DNA of 64,000 bases. Source: an uncultured Bacilli bacterium. GTDB taxonomy: Bacteria; Bacillota_I; Bacilli_A; RF39; UBA660. Position numbers and translations under genes: made by a program. Positions 1-11,597 of this stretch are shown one piece after another. The stretch is from the NCBI GenBank assembly GCA_947628905.1, contig CANRBQ010000002.1, positions 625 through 64,624 on the forward strand, in the 5' to 3' direction. The notes beneath the pieces were generated by a model, which saw only the letters and a list, made by a program, of their open reading frames with translations, did not search any database and was not told where the DNA came from. The stretch's first letter is position 1. Each line of letters opens with the position of its first letter.

Positions 1-47
1 ACTATTTTGGTGAATATTTAAATGTAATTTTAGTAATTTCAAGTAGC

Positions 48-377
48 TTATGAATGATTATACATAATCACAAAATCTGCTTGCGCACCTCCTGCATTAA
101 TGTGATTAGACACCATTATAACATCACTACCAGTACCAAACTTACTTTGAGCAACTTTAGGCCTATTAGTCGAATCTAAACTTACATCCATATCTCTTGT
201 TAAAGCATTTTCTATTCCCAGTTCATTTAATCTATCTCTCATATATTTACTTATCATTAAAGTGTAATCTTTCTCAACTATTCCATTTGCACTAGTTCCT
301 GGATCTTCTCCCCCATGTCCAGCATCAATAACAACTTTCTTTCTAGCTCTTCCATCTGCATAATCCATGTTTATCAC
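48..377 (-). CDS. N-acetylmuramoyl-L-alanine amidase (Amidase_3 / CwlD-like), unusually short; possibly truncated or frameshifted
   Basis: Translation has VVIDAGHGGEDPGT and SNHINAGG, motifs of the zinc amidase_3 fold, but stops after 109 aa. The domain is normally much longer. One alternative frame stays open from the stop to the window edge. Confidence 0.55.
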   Translation of the reverse strand: MINMDYADGRARKKVVIDAGHGGEDPGTSANGIVEKDYTLMISKYMRDRLNELGIENALTRDMDVSLDSTNRPKVAQSKFGTGSDVIMVSNHINAGGAQADFVIMYNHS

Positions 378-463
378 CTAATATAAATTATGAAAAACAA
401 TCCATAACGTGATAACATAAAAATACTTAAATCATTAAATCCCAATAACTTTCAAAATATGAT

Positions 464-898
464 TTAACAAATTTTTATTTTTTTCCTAATTGTTCCATAA
501 TTTCTTATTTTACAATATAAAAACACTTTATTTAATTTTAAATTTTTTTCTAACTTTATTATATCTTTATCTTCTATTAAAACATTTAACGCTTCTCCAA
601 ACCAAAGATTAACCGGAAAACAACAACATAAAGAATTATCAACATCATTTTTATATAAAAAAATATTTAAATTTATAGTAGATTTATTTTTTATATCTTT
701 AATAAAGAGATCATCTATAACAATTTCATTTTTATTGTTATTAACTAAAATTACTTTTCCACGTACTCTTCTAGCATCATTAATAGCTTTAATACATTTA
801 ATCCTAATTTTAGAATTATTATTTAAATAATTAAGATAGAAAGGCACAAAAATTGCAATAATAATACTAATAACTTCCATAATTCTATCAATTATCAT
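464..898 (-). CDS. hypothetical protein with N-terminal membrane anchor
   Basis: 144-aa ORF with a hydrophobic N-terminus (VISIIIAIFVPFYL). No motif recognised. Confidence 0.4.
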   Translation of the reverse strand: MIIDRIMEVISIIIAIFVPFYLNYLNNNSKIRIKCIKAINDARRVRGKVILVNNNKNEIVIDDLFIKDIKNKSTINLNIFLYKNDVDNSLCCCFPVNLWFGEALNVLIEDKDIIKLEKNLKLNKVFLYCKIRNYGTIRKKIKIC

Positions 899-909
899 AG
901 AACACCAAC

Positions 910-1404
910 TTATATTTTTAAAACCACTTGAATTTTGCTATAATCATAGTTAATCTCATTTAATATTTGTAACAAAAATCTCATTAAAGTTTCGGTATCA
1001 TAATGTGTTTCCATATATAAATTTTCATCTAATTTAATAGCACTTCTCATTCCATCACTAGTATGAGCAAGTCTATTCCTAACTCTACCTAACAGTTTAT
1101 CGCACAAAAAATTCATTTTCGATTTCATCTTATTATCTTTTAAAACTTCATCTAAGATAGTTTTAACAGCAATTTTCCAAGTTGGCACAATATACCTTTC
1201 ACCATTAATTATAACAGCAATTACTTTTTCACCCTTAAACCCACCTACATTAGTTAAAGGATAAGAAACTTCATATTCATTCTTTTCACTATTGCTATCC
1301 AAATTTAAATTACCAACTTTTCTAATAATTTCATCAAAAGTTGCATTTATCATTATTATCATTTCATCTTGTTTTTTTCTAATCTCGGCTATTAAATCAT
1401 TCAT
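910..1404 (-). CDS. hypothetical protein
   Basis: ORF track gives 910..1452. I prefer the internal ATG (MNDLIAEIRKK) because GGAGGG lies about 8 nt upstream of it. No motif recognised. Confidence 0.45.
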   Translation of the reverse strand: MNDLIAEIRKKQDEMIIMINATFDEIIRKVGNLNLDSNSEKNEYEVSYPLTNVGGFKGEKVIAVIINGERYIVPTWKIAVKTILDEVLKDNKMKSKMNFLCDKLLGRVRNRLAHTSDGMRSAIKLDENLYMETHYDTETLMRFLLQILNEINYDYSKIQVVLKI

Positions 1405-1580
1405 AATTTTCCCTCCTAAAACTATATTAGCACGTGCTAAACAATAAGTCAAGCTAAATTATGATTTGTTTTTAATAAAAAAGAAGCAATCCATATTACT
1501 CCTGTTTTTAAATTTCCTAAAACTATCAATCAATTATATATTTTTTATTTTATTACCAGCATCATCTATTCCCTACTATA

Positions 1581-2474
1581 TTATATTTTCCTCAAATGCG
1601 CCACAAAAAATCCCTCATACTCTAAATTAGGAGCCACGCCCAAAACACCAGGCAAAGATGTAGGAAGTAACTCCATATTTTTAAACCTATCTTTATCTAT
1701 ATTGACAATCTCCACTAAACCTTTATCCACAAATTTTTTAATTATCTCTTCATTCTCACATTTCAATATAGAACAAGTAGAATACACAATATCATGTCCA
1801 ACCATCACCATATCTATAGCGCGTAAAAGTAACTTCTCTTGAAACTTAACACACCTAGCAATTAATTCTTCACTAAATTCTTGTTCCACTACGCCATCAA
1901 TAATTCTAAGTGTCCCCGAACCACTACAAGGAGTATCCAGTAAAACTTTATCAAATTTATAACCATTTAACTTTCTAGCATCTTCATTAATTATTACTGC
2001 TTTTTTAACTCCCATCTTATCTATATTATACTTTAACCTTTCCGCTCTAATCTTGTTTTTCTCAACCGCCGTAATCATCACTTTATTATGCCCTAATGCT
2101 GCGATTTGAGTTGTCTTCCCACCAGGTGCTGCGGTCATATCTAAAATTGTTTCATTCTCTTGAGGATCCAGCATCAAAGCAGGTATCATCGCGGATAGAC
2201 TCTGTAAATATACTTTCCCATCCTTATATATATCTAAATTTCTAATGTCTTCTTCAGCCTTATTTTCTATAATAAAAGCATCTTGATACCATGAAACCAA
2301 ATTATACTCAATTCCCTCATTATTTAATACTTGCAATATTTCTTCTTTACTTGCTTTCAAAGTATTTATTCTTAAAGTAACCTTTCTTTTTTCTTGCATT
2401 CCCTTAATTATCTTCTCAACTAACATATCATCATAATCTCTACTTAATAACTTTCTTAACTCTTCCTCTTTCAA
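1581..2474 (-). CDS. RsmB/RsmF (NOL1/NOP2/Sun) family rRNA m5C methyltransferase
   Basis: SAM-binding DMTAAPGGKT, catalytic DTPCSGSGT and YSTCS motifs. Confidence 0.85.
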   Translation of the reverse strand: MKEEELRKLLSRDYDDMLVEKIIKGMQEKRKVTLRINTLKASKEEILQVLNNEGIEYNLVSWYQDAFIIENKAEEDIRNLDIYKDGKVYLQSLSAMIPALMLDPQENETILDMTAAPGGKTTQIAALGHNKVMITAVEKNKIRAERLKYNIDKMGVKKAVIINEDARKLNGYKFDKVLLDTPCSGSGTLRIIDGVVEQEFSEELIARCVKFQEKLLLRAIDMVMVGHDIVYSTCSILKCENEEIIKKFVDKGLVEIVNIDKDRFKNMELLPTSLPGVLGVAPNLEYEGFFVAHLRKI

Positions 2475-2624
2475 CTTAATTCCACCACCAATCTAAAATA
2501 ATACCTAACCCATAAATATATTACATAAAAAAAATCAGAGTAACCCACCATTACCCCAATTTAATTAGCCCACTAAATATTAATGTTAAAAAACCATCTA
2601 ACTTTAAACCAAATATCAATAATC

Positions 2625-3236
2625 CTATTCCACGTATTTTATAACCACATGTCTATTAGGTTCTTCTCCAACACTTTCCGTTTTAATATTTTTAAAATCA
2701 GTCAAAATATTATGAACAATTCTTCTTTCGTAAGAATTCATATTATCCATTTCTATATCTTGTTTAGTACTTCTTACTTCTCTCGCCAAATTTTTAGCTA
2801 GTCTTTCTAGTCTTTTAACTTGTCTATCTTTATAATCTTCTACATCAAGTAATACCCTCGGCCCATTAACAGGTGCCAAATTTTTAATAAATTGTCTTAC
2901 AATTACTGATAAAGCCTCTAAATTGCGACCATCTTTTCCTATTAAAATCGGATTATTAGAAGAATACATTTTTATAGTTGTCGTATTTTCTTTTGAACTT
3001 ACTTCCATAGTTACATCAATACCCATACCATTTAACAATTCTTTTAAAAACTTTTCAGCTTCATTTAATACCTCAGTTTTAAGATAACCAGAACATTCAT
3101 ATTGAGTTCCCTTAAAAAGACCACCTTTAGATTCTTGAAAAGAATAAACAACTTCATCTTCACTTGCATTTAATTTAGTTAATACTTGTTTTAATGCTTC
3201 ATCTTTAGTTTTTGCAACTTCACTTACTACATTCAT
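2625..3236 (-). CDS. jag: Jag/KhpB RNA-binding protein (KH + R3H domains)
   Basis: C-terminal R3H-like ERRIVHNIL motif. Conserved position downstream of yidC. Confidence 0.9.
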   Translation of the reverse strand: MNVVSEVAKTKDEALKQVLTKLNASEDEVVYSFQESKGGLFKGTQYECSGYLKTEVLNEAEKFLKELLNGMGIDVTMEVSSKENTTTIKMYSSNNPILIGKDGRNLEALSVIVRQFIKNLAPVNGPRVLLDVEDYKDRQVKRLERLAKNLAREVRSTKQDIEMDNMNSYERRIVHNILTDFKNIKTESVGEEPNRHVVIKYVE

Positions 3237-3238
3237 GA

Positions 3239-4240
3239 CTACTTTCCTTTCTTAACCCTTTTTTCTTTCTTTGGCTTTATTATAACATCTTTTTTATCTT
3301 CCATCTCATTTATTTTTTTAATTACTAAATTTTGTACGACCACAAAACCATTTGTTGCTATCCAGTATAGAGCTATCGCTGTAGATAAATATAAAGACGC
3401 TACCGAAATCATAATAATCATAAACTTAAACATAAACTGCATTTGGCTTTCCATCTCTGGATTACCTGTTTGATTAGAACCCATTGAATTTCTAAATGAC
3501 AAATATGTCGTTAAAATAATTAAAACTATTATGGCAATATATCCCCATTGATGATATTCAAAAAGTCCCATCATAGGTGTTCTACCCAAAGTTAAACCTA
3601 AAAACTTATCCTCGAATATCGCAGGAGTTCTATTTATTGCTTGCAAAAATGCAAAGAACAAAGGAAGCTGAATAAAAGCCAGTAAACAACTACCAAAAGG
3701 ACTAATATTATACTTCTTATATACCATCATCATTTCTTGAGACTTTTGAAGCATTGCTTCATTATCCGTCCTATTTGCGTATTTTCTTTCAATTCTTGCT
3801 AATTCTGGTTGAGCTTTCTTTAAATTATTAGATTGCTTCATTGTTTTTATAGAAATAGGCATTAATATTAATCTTATAGCAAGTCCAACAATAATTACTG
3901 ATAAACCAAAATTATTAATTAAATATCCCAATTTTAAGATAATAAATGCTAAAGGCTTAACAAATAATCCTTCCCATAAACCTGAAGCTTTATTACTACT
4001 CATTTTAAAATCTGCACATTTAGGAAGTTTATCATAAGCTATTTTAGTTTGATCTTTATATTCTGAATATAACTTATCTAAATCTTTATCTACTGGCTTA
4101 CATAAAATATCTTTTTGTAATACTTGTCCAGTCGCGTCATTCTGTACTGGTTTATTATCTTTCATAATATAGTTACTATTCCCACATCCTGTAAGCATTA
4201 CAATCATTAACACTATAATTCCAATTTTAAATTTCTTCAT
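3239..4240 (-). CDS. yidC: YidC/OxaA membrane protein insertase (lipoprotein type)
   Basis: Lipobox LTGC, multi-TM Oxa1 core, basic C-terminal tail. rnpA-yidC-jag synteny. Confidence 0.93.
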   Translation of the reverse strand: MKKFKIGIIVLMIVMLTGCGNSNYIMKDNKPVQNDATGQVLQKDILCKPVDKDLDKLYSEYKDQTKIAYDKLPKCADFKMSSNKASGLWEGLFVKPLAFIILKLGYLINNFGLSVIIVGLAIRLILMPISIKTMKQSNNLKKAQPELARIERKYANRTDNEAMLQKSQEMMMVYKKYNISPFGSCLLAFIQLPLFFAFLQAINRTPAIFEDKFLGLTLGRTPMMGLFEYHQWGYIAIIVLIILTTYLSFRNSMGSNQTGNPEMESQMQFMFKFMIIMISVASLYLSTAIALYWIATNGFVVVQNLVIKKINEMEDKKDVIIKPKKEKRVKKGK

Positions 4241-4574
4241 TTTGTATCCTTTCCATAGTATCTACTAAATTCTTTTCCATCTCTTGAAATGTAATATCCA
4301 AAATACCCTTCTTTACCATTATAATATAATTACGCTTTTTTTGAAACATTTTTTTATTCTTATCTAAAATATGTCTAAGTCTTCTTTTAATTTTATTTCT
4401 TTCTACAGCATTCCCACATTTCTTACTAACAGCTAAACCAAACATAGGATAATCTTTAAACCCATCCTTATAATATATATTATAATATTTCGATTTTAAA
4501 TACTTTCCATTTTCAATTATATTATTAAAATCTGTATTTCTCTTTACCATCTCATATTTTTTCAAGTCAATCAC
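4227..4574 (-). CDS. rnpA: ribonuclease P protein component
   Basis: 115-aa basic protein with the KKxGNAVxRNKIKRRLR motif, directly downstream of rpmH. Confidence 0.92.
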   Translation of the reverse strand: MIDLKKYEMVKRNTDFNNIIENGKYLKSKYYNIYYKDGFKDYPMFGLAVSKKCGNAVERNKIKRRLRHILDKNKKMFQKKRNYIIMVKKGILDITFQEMEKNLVDTMERIQNEEI

Positions 4575-4609
4575 TTACTTTCAAAAAAAATACCACTCTA
4601 AAAAAGTGG

Positions 4610-4732
4610 TTATCTAGCTAAAACTTTACGACCTTTATTACGTCTACTTTTTAATACATTTGACTCTTTACGAGCAAAAAATCCATGCTTTTTAGCTTTC
4701 TTACGATTATTTGGTTGATAAGTTCTTTTCAT
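4610..4732 (-). CDS. rpmH: 50S ribosomal protein L34 (not in ORF track)
   Basis: Hand translation gives [40 protein letters not shown] (40 aa). GGAGGTGGAG lies upstream of the ATG. The product is about 4 aa shorter than typical L34. Confidence 0.9.
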   Translation of the reverse strand: MKRTYQPNNRKKAKKHGFFARKESNVLKSRRNKGRKVLAR

Positions 4733-4740
4733 GAGCTCCA

Positions 4741-5332
4741 CCTCCTTAAAAAATTTCAAGTATTTTAATTATAATATTTTCTAAGCCAATAGTCAAGAAT
4801 TTTAGCATATTAATACCTAATAACACATATAAATATATTAAATTTTATTTATCTTAAATTAATTACTCTCCTAACTAAAAATTATAAATCATTTAAAGTT
4901 ATCAACATTTTAATGTGGATAATGTGGATAATTTTTTTCATTCACATCTTATTAACAATCAAATATTTCTAAAAACTTATCCAAGTATTTCTTATAAACA
5001 TAGTTTTTCAATTAAAAAGTGTATAAATATCTACTTATTAACATATAGATTAAAAGATCAAAACCTAAATAATAACTAATAAAAATAACCATTTTAAATC
5101 AATTACTAACACATTCCACAATATAATCAAAAATATCAACTGTTAATTGTTAATTAAAATCAAATTCATTTTGTTAGTAATGTAGATAACTCTCCAATCT
5201 TGCATAAACACTAAGAAAAACTATGTTTATAACTTGTGAATAAAATTTTTTTACATTTTTAGCTTTATTTTCGACCTTTTTTGCGATACAATTAATTTAC
5301 AAAACATTAGGACTATAAGCGGGGTGAGGTTT
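4741..5332. other. oriC (rpmH-dnaA intergenic region with DnaA boxes)
   Basis: Two abutting perfect boxes TGTGGATAA at 4914-4922 and 4923-4931. One-mismatch boxes at 4899-4907 (TTATCAACA), 5181-5189 (TGTAGATAA), 5235-5243 (TGTGAATAA) and 5332-5340 (TATGGATAA, over the dnaA start). The spacer is very AT-rich. Confidence 0.85.
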
Positions 5333-6679
5333 ATGGATAAAGAAGAATTACTAAAAACATTTCTAGACAACATATATAAAGAAATAAATCCAGCATCATT
5401 TCATGCCTGGTTTAATGATTTAAAAATAGTTTCCCTAACCTCTACCAAAATAACTTTTGAAGTTCCTATGGAAATTCATAAACGGATGCTTGGTGATAAT
5501 TACTATTCATTAATTGAAAAAACATTATATAATATTAACAATATTAATTATGATATCGAATTTGTATTAGAAGAAGAACTAGATACTCTTCCTCCTCCAA
5601 CTGTTAATAAAGAAGAAGTTATCCACAATAACTTTAATACTAACCTAAACCCTAATCTTAATTTTGAAAACTTCGTTGTAGGAGATACCAATCGTTTAGC
5701 CAAAGTAGCCGCGATGGCCGTTGCCGAAGCTCCAGGCCGTATCCATAATCCTTTATTTATCTATGGTAAAAGTGGCCTTGGTAAAACTCATTTAATGCAC
5801 GCGATAGGTAATTATATTACTGCCAGCTCAAACCGTAAAGTACTATATTGTACCTGTGATGAATTTATGACCGAATATACTAACATTGCTAATCCTGATA
5901 ATGCCAAAAACACTTTAGAATACGCAACAGAATTTAAAAATAAATATCGCAATATTGATGTACTAATAATTGATGATATCCAATATTTAGTAGGTGCCGA
6001 AAAAACCCAACAAGAATTTTTTAACACTTTTAATTATCTGCATCAATCCAATAAACAAATAATCATTAGTAGTGATCGTTCCCCAGATGATTTAAAAATA
6101 TTAGAAGAACGTCTTAGATCTCGTTTTATGTGGGGCTTACCTGTTGATATTTATCCTCCCGATTTTGACTTAAGATGTCGAATTATTCGTAAAAAAATTG
6201 AAAACACCAGTCTAGCAAATTTAATGAAAGAAGAAAGCATTGAATATATTGCTAATGCTTGTCAAAATGATGTTAGATTCCTGGAGGGTGCTGTAAATAG
6301 ATTGATGGCATATACCGCTATGATTGTACCTAAAGTAATAGATTTAGAATTTACTTGTGAAGCTTTAAAAGATTTTGTTAATAAAAACATCTATTCTAAC
6401 AATAATATTACTAAAATCCAAAAAGCCGTCGCCGATCATTATAATATAACAATAGATGATTTAAAAGGTAAAAAAAGAAGTAATAAAGTCGCTCACCCAA
6501 GACAACTTGCTATGTATCTCTGCCGGCTCGAAACAGACGAAACATATCCTAGAATTGGCTTAGAATTTGGAGGACGTGATCATTCAACTGTCATATTTGC
6601 CTGTGATAAAATTGAAAAAGAACTTGTATCTAATGCCGAGCTAGAAAGGACAATCAAAGAAATAAAATCCAAATTGTAG
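5333..6679 (+). CDS. dnaA: chromosomal replication initiator DnaA
   Basis: AAA+ Walker A GKSGLGKTHL, box VII, C-terminal DNA-binding HSTV motif. The track start is GTG 5324; ATG 5333 is an equally plausible start. Confidence 0.97.
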   Translation: MDKEELLKTFLDNIYKEINPASFHAWFNDLKIVSLTSTKITFEVPMEIHKRMLGDNYYSLIEKTLYNINNINYDIEFVLEEELDTLPPPTVNKEEVIHNNFNTNLNPNLNFENFVVGDTNRLAKVAAMAVAEAPGRIHNPLFIYGKSGLGKTHLMHAIGNYITASSNRKVLYCTCDEFMTEYTNIANPDNAKNTLEYATEFKNKYRNIDVLIIDDIQYLVGAEKTQQEFFNTFNYLHQSNKQIIISSDRSPDDLKILEERLRSRFMWGLPVDIYPPDFDLRCRIIRKKIENTSLANLMKEESIEYIANACQNDVRFLEGAVNRLMAYTAMIVPKVIDLEFTCEALKDFVNKNIYSNNNITKIQKAVADHYNITIDDLKGKKRSNKVAHPRQLAMYLCRLETDETYPRIGLEFGGRDHSTVIFACDKIEKELVSNAELERTIKEIKSKL

Positions 6680-6824
6680 ATAAAACTTTAATTTAATGTT
6701 AATAAATAACTACTTATCAACAAAAAAAATCAATTATTTTGCCTTAAATAAAGGTCAAAAACAACTTACAAACATTACTAACAGTATAATAAATATTAAT
6801 ATATTTTAGAAAGAAGGAATAAAT

Positions 6825-7943
6825 ATGAAATTTACAATTGAAAAAAATATTTTATTAGAAGGATTAAACAATGTTATAAGAGCTATATCTACTAAGAATG
6901 TTATCCCCGTTTTAAATGGAATTAAATTTGAATTAACCACAGAAGGTTTATATCTAACTGCCAGTGATTCAGAATTAACAATTAAAGTTTTAATAGAATC
7001 TAAAGATATTAAACAAGTTACTAACTTAGGTGGTATTATTATTCAAAGTAAATATATCCTAGATATAGTAAGAAAGATGCCAAGTGATATTATTAACTTT
7101 GAAGTTATAGATGGTTTAAAAATTAAAATTTATACTGATAATAACCAATATAATTTAAATTGTTTAGATATTAATGATTATCCCGATGTTAAGTTAGAAC
7201 TTAGTAAAGAACCTATAATTATTAAAGGTGATATATTTAAAACTATTATTAATCAAACAGTATTTGCTATCTCTAATCAAGAATTAAGACCAATTCTAAC
7301 TGGTGTTAACTTTAAATTTAGTAAAGATGTTTTAGAAACAACAGCCACTGATTCATATCGTTTAGCTAAGAAAAACATTAAACTTGCTTCTCCCGTTGAA
7401 AAAGATATTGAAATAGTTATTCCTGGTAAAAATATTATGGAGTTGGAGCGAATTATCACTGATGAAGAAGATATCGAAATGCATATCTTTAATAATAAAG
7501 CATTATTTATATATAAAAATATTAACTTTCAAACTAATCTTTTAAGTGGTAATTATCCTAATACTAGTAATTTAATTCCTAGTGAATTTGCTTATATTAT
7601 TAAAGTTAATAAAAAAGACTTTAATGACGCGATAGATCGCGCGGCTCTTCTAACTCAAGGAAAAGATAAGAATATTGTCAAAATGTCTTTAGAAAATACT
7701 AAAATGATTATCAATTCTTATGCTTCCGAAATTGGTAAAGTAGAAGAACAATTAACAGTAGAAACTAATAATAAAGAGAAACTTGAAATTTCCTTCTCTT
7801 CTAAATATATGCTTGAAGCTATTAAAACAATGCAAGAAGATGAAATATTACTGTTATTAAATAGTGATGTTAAACCATTAATTATTAAATCATTAACAGA
7901 TGAATCACTAATTCAACTAATTTTACCTATAAAAACATATTAA
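6825..7943 (+). CDS. dnaN: DNA polymerase III beta sliding clamp
   Basis: 372-aa three-domain clamp homologue with dnaA-dnaN synteny. Confidence 0.96.
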   Translation: MKFTIEKNILLEGLNNVIRAISTKNVIPVLNGIKFELTTEGLYLTASDSELTIKVLIESKDIKQVTNLGGIIIQSKYILDIVRKMPSDIINFEVIDGLKIKIYTDNNQYNLNCLDINDYPDVKLELSKEPIIIKGDIFKTIINQTVFAISNQELRPILTGVNFKFSKDVLETTATDSYRLAKKNIKLASPVEKDIEIVIPGKNIMELERIITDEEDIEMHIFNNKALFIYKNINFQTNLLSGNYPNTSNLIPSEFAYIIKVNKKDFNDAIDRAALLTQGKDKNIVKMSLENTKMIINSYASEIGKVEEQLTVETNNKEKLEISFSSKYMLEAIKTMQEDEILLLLNSDVKPLIIKSLTDESLIQLILPIKTY

Positions 7944-8039
7944 TGCGACCAAAAACAAATATATAAGTCACAATTCGACAAATTTTGCCTTCTAAATATG
8001 ATATAACATAATTATTTATATGAAAGGAGGCAATTTTTC

Positions 8040-8492
8040 ATGCCTTATATTATCACAGAAAAAACCAATATCTTAATTCCTAAAAAAAGTATGACAGAAG
8101 TTATAGAAACAGAAAAAACATTTATTATTGAAGAAGAAACACTAGATGTCATTATGCATAATTGTTTTTTAAATGGTTCTAGTTTAGAAGGTAGACAACA
8201 TGGCAGTGCTTATCTTTTAGGTAGTTCTTATAAACCACCCATTATATTAAGTGAATTAGATAATTTAATATTTGTTCCAACGCATTCAATGCGTAATTTA
8301 AAATGTTGCTGGATTAACTTAGCTAATATCTTAAAATATTATCCTAGTAGTCCCGAAAAAGTAATAATTGAATTTAAAGATTTTCAAAAAATAGAATTAA
8401 ATATCTCTTATTATATTTTAGATAAACAAATATTGCGTGCAACTCGTTTAGAATCAACTTTAAGAGGTCGAAATCTAAAAAAACAACTTTAA
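8040..8492 (+). CDS. ComK-family protein
   Basis: GSSLEGRQHGSAYLLGSSYKPPIILSELDNLIFVPTHSMRNLKCCWIN aligns from memory with the B. subtilis ComK core GSSYAGRKAG...HKPPIMV...IFLFPTLS...CGWIS. GGAGG RBS upstream. Confidence 0.7.
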   Translation: MPYIITEKTNILIPKKSMTEVIETEKTFIIEEETLDVIMHNCFLNGSSLEGRQHGSAYLLGSSYKPPIILSELDNLIFVPTHSMRNLKCCWINLANILKYYPSSPEKVIIEFKDFQKIELNISYYILDKQILRATRLESTLRGRNLKKQL

Positions 8493-8580
8493 ATGGGTGC
8501 TATTTTATGATATAATATTCTTAGGTATAGGAGTACAACAACATACCAATTTTTAAAAATCAACAAAGTAGGGGCAAAAA

Positions 8581-9669
8581 ATGGAAATTAGAAGTTTAAA
8601 GTTAATCAATTTTCGTAACTATGAATCTCTTGAACTTAAATTTAGTTCCGAGACCAATATTATCTATGGTCAAAATGGCATGGGGAAAACAAATTTAGTT
8701 GAAGCGATTTATATTTTAGGTTTAACCAAAACTTTTCGTTTAGGTAATGAAAGTGTTATTATAAAAAAAGGCAAGAATATTACCAAAATTGAAGGTTTAA
8801 TCATGGATAATATCTTAAATAGTTATAAGATAGTGGTAAGTGATACAGGTAAACATATAAAAATTGATAATAACAAAATTTCTAAAATAAGCGATTATAT
8901 AACAAAAGTTAATGTAATATTGTTTAATCCTGATGATTTAAAAATAATAAAAGACACCCCTATGACTAGAAGAAGACTTTTAAATATTGAAATATCTGGC
9001 ATTAATAAAGAATATTTATTATATTTAAATAACTATAATAAACTTTTAAAACAAAGAAATTCTTATTTAAAAGCTCTTAGTAAAAAAAATAATTTCAATA
9101 GTGATTTTTTAAATATTTTAACCGCCGAACTTATTAATACAGGTTTAAAAATAGTAGCTATTAGGCAAGATTTTATCACAAATATTAATAAATATATTGC
9201 TGATATATATTTTAAAATCACTAACAAAGGTCATCTATCGTTAAATTATAAAAGTGAATATAAGAATAAAACGAAAGACCAATTATTAAATATGTACGAG
9301 AAAAATATTTCCCGGGAAATAATTATGGGCAAAACTCTCTTTGGTCCTCAACATGATGATATAGAATTTATAGTAGATAAAGAAATTGTTAAAGAATTTT
9401 CTTCTGTTGGTGAACAAAAAAACAGTGTTATTGCCTTTAAGCTTGCTGAAATAAAAAATATTGAAGATAGCTTACATAAAAAACCTATATTAATATTAGA
9501 TGATTTATTTAGTGAATTAGATCAAGAAAAAATAAATAATATCTTAACATTACTTGATGATAAGTTACAAACATTTATAACAACTACGGAAATAGATTTT
9601 GTTGACCCTAAGTTACTCGCCAAATCAAAAATATTTCATGTTATAAATGGTAAAGTAAAGGAGGAATAA
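8581..9669 (+). CDS. recF: DNA replication/repair protein RecF
   Basis: Walker A GQNGMGKTN and SMC-like signature/Walker B LILDDLFSELD. Confidence 0.95.
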   Translation: MEIRSLKLINFRNYESLELKFSSETNIIYGQNGMGKTNLVEAIYILGLTKTFRLGNESVIIKKGKNITKIEGLIMDNILNSYKIVVSDTGKHIKIDNNKISKISDYITKVNVILFNPDDLKIIKDTPMTRRRLLNIEISGINKEYLLYLNNYNKLLKQRNSYLKALSKKNNFNSDFLNILTAELINTGLKIVAIRQDFITNINKYIADIYFKITNKGHLSLNYKSEYKNKTKDQLLNMYEKNISREIIMGKTLFGPQHDDIEFIVDKEIVKEFSSVGEQKNSVIAFKLAEIKNIEDSLHKKPILILDDLFSELDQEKINNILTLLDDKLQTFITTTEIDFVDPKLLAKSKIFHVINGKVKEE

Positions 9670-11586
<1,917 letters not shown>

Positions 11587-11597
11587 GAGGTGTTTAA

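Noticed and set aside
2583-2801. Antisense or embedded ORFs in the track: 2583-2801, 5812-6027, 7277-7459, 11220-11483, 13346-13888, 16359-16607, 17102-17356, 18967-19236, 25274-25504, 25501-25695, 25775-25987, 32197-32391, 32683-32934, 37419-37610, 46315-46518, 47597-47875, 52858-53121, 54185-54472, 55867-56106, 57763-58047, 58655-58837, 59760-60062, 62342-62578, 63776-63994.
   Set aside because: All lie inside, mostly antisense to, well-supported genes. They have low-complexity translations and no RBS. They are typical shadow ORFs of AT-rich DNA.
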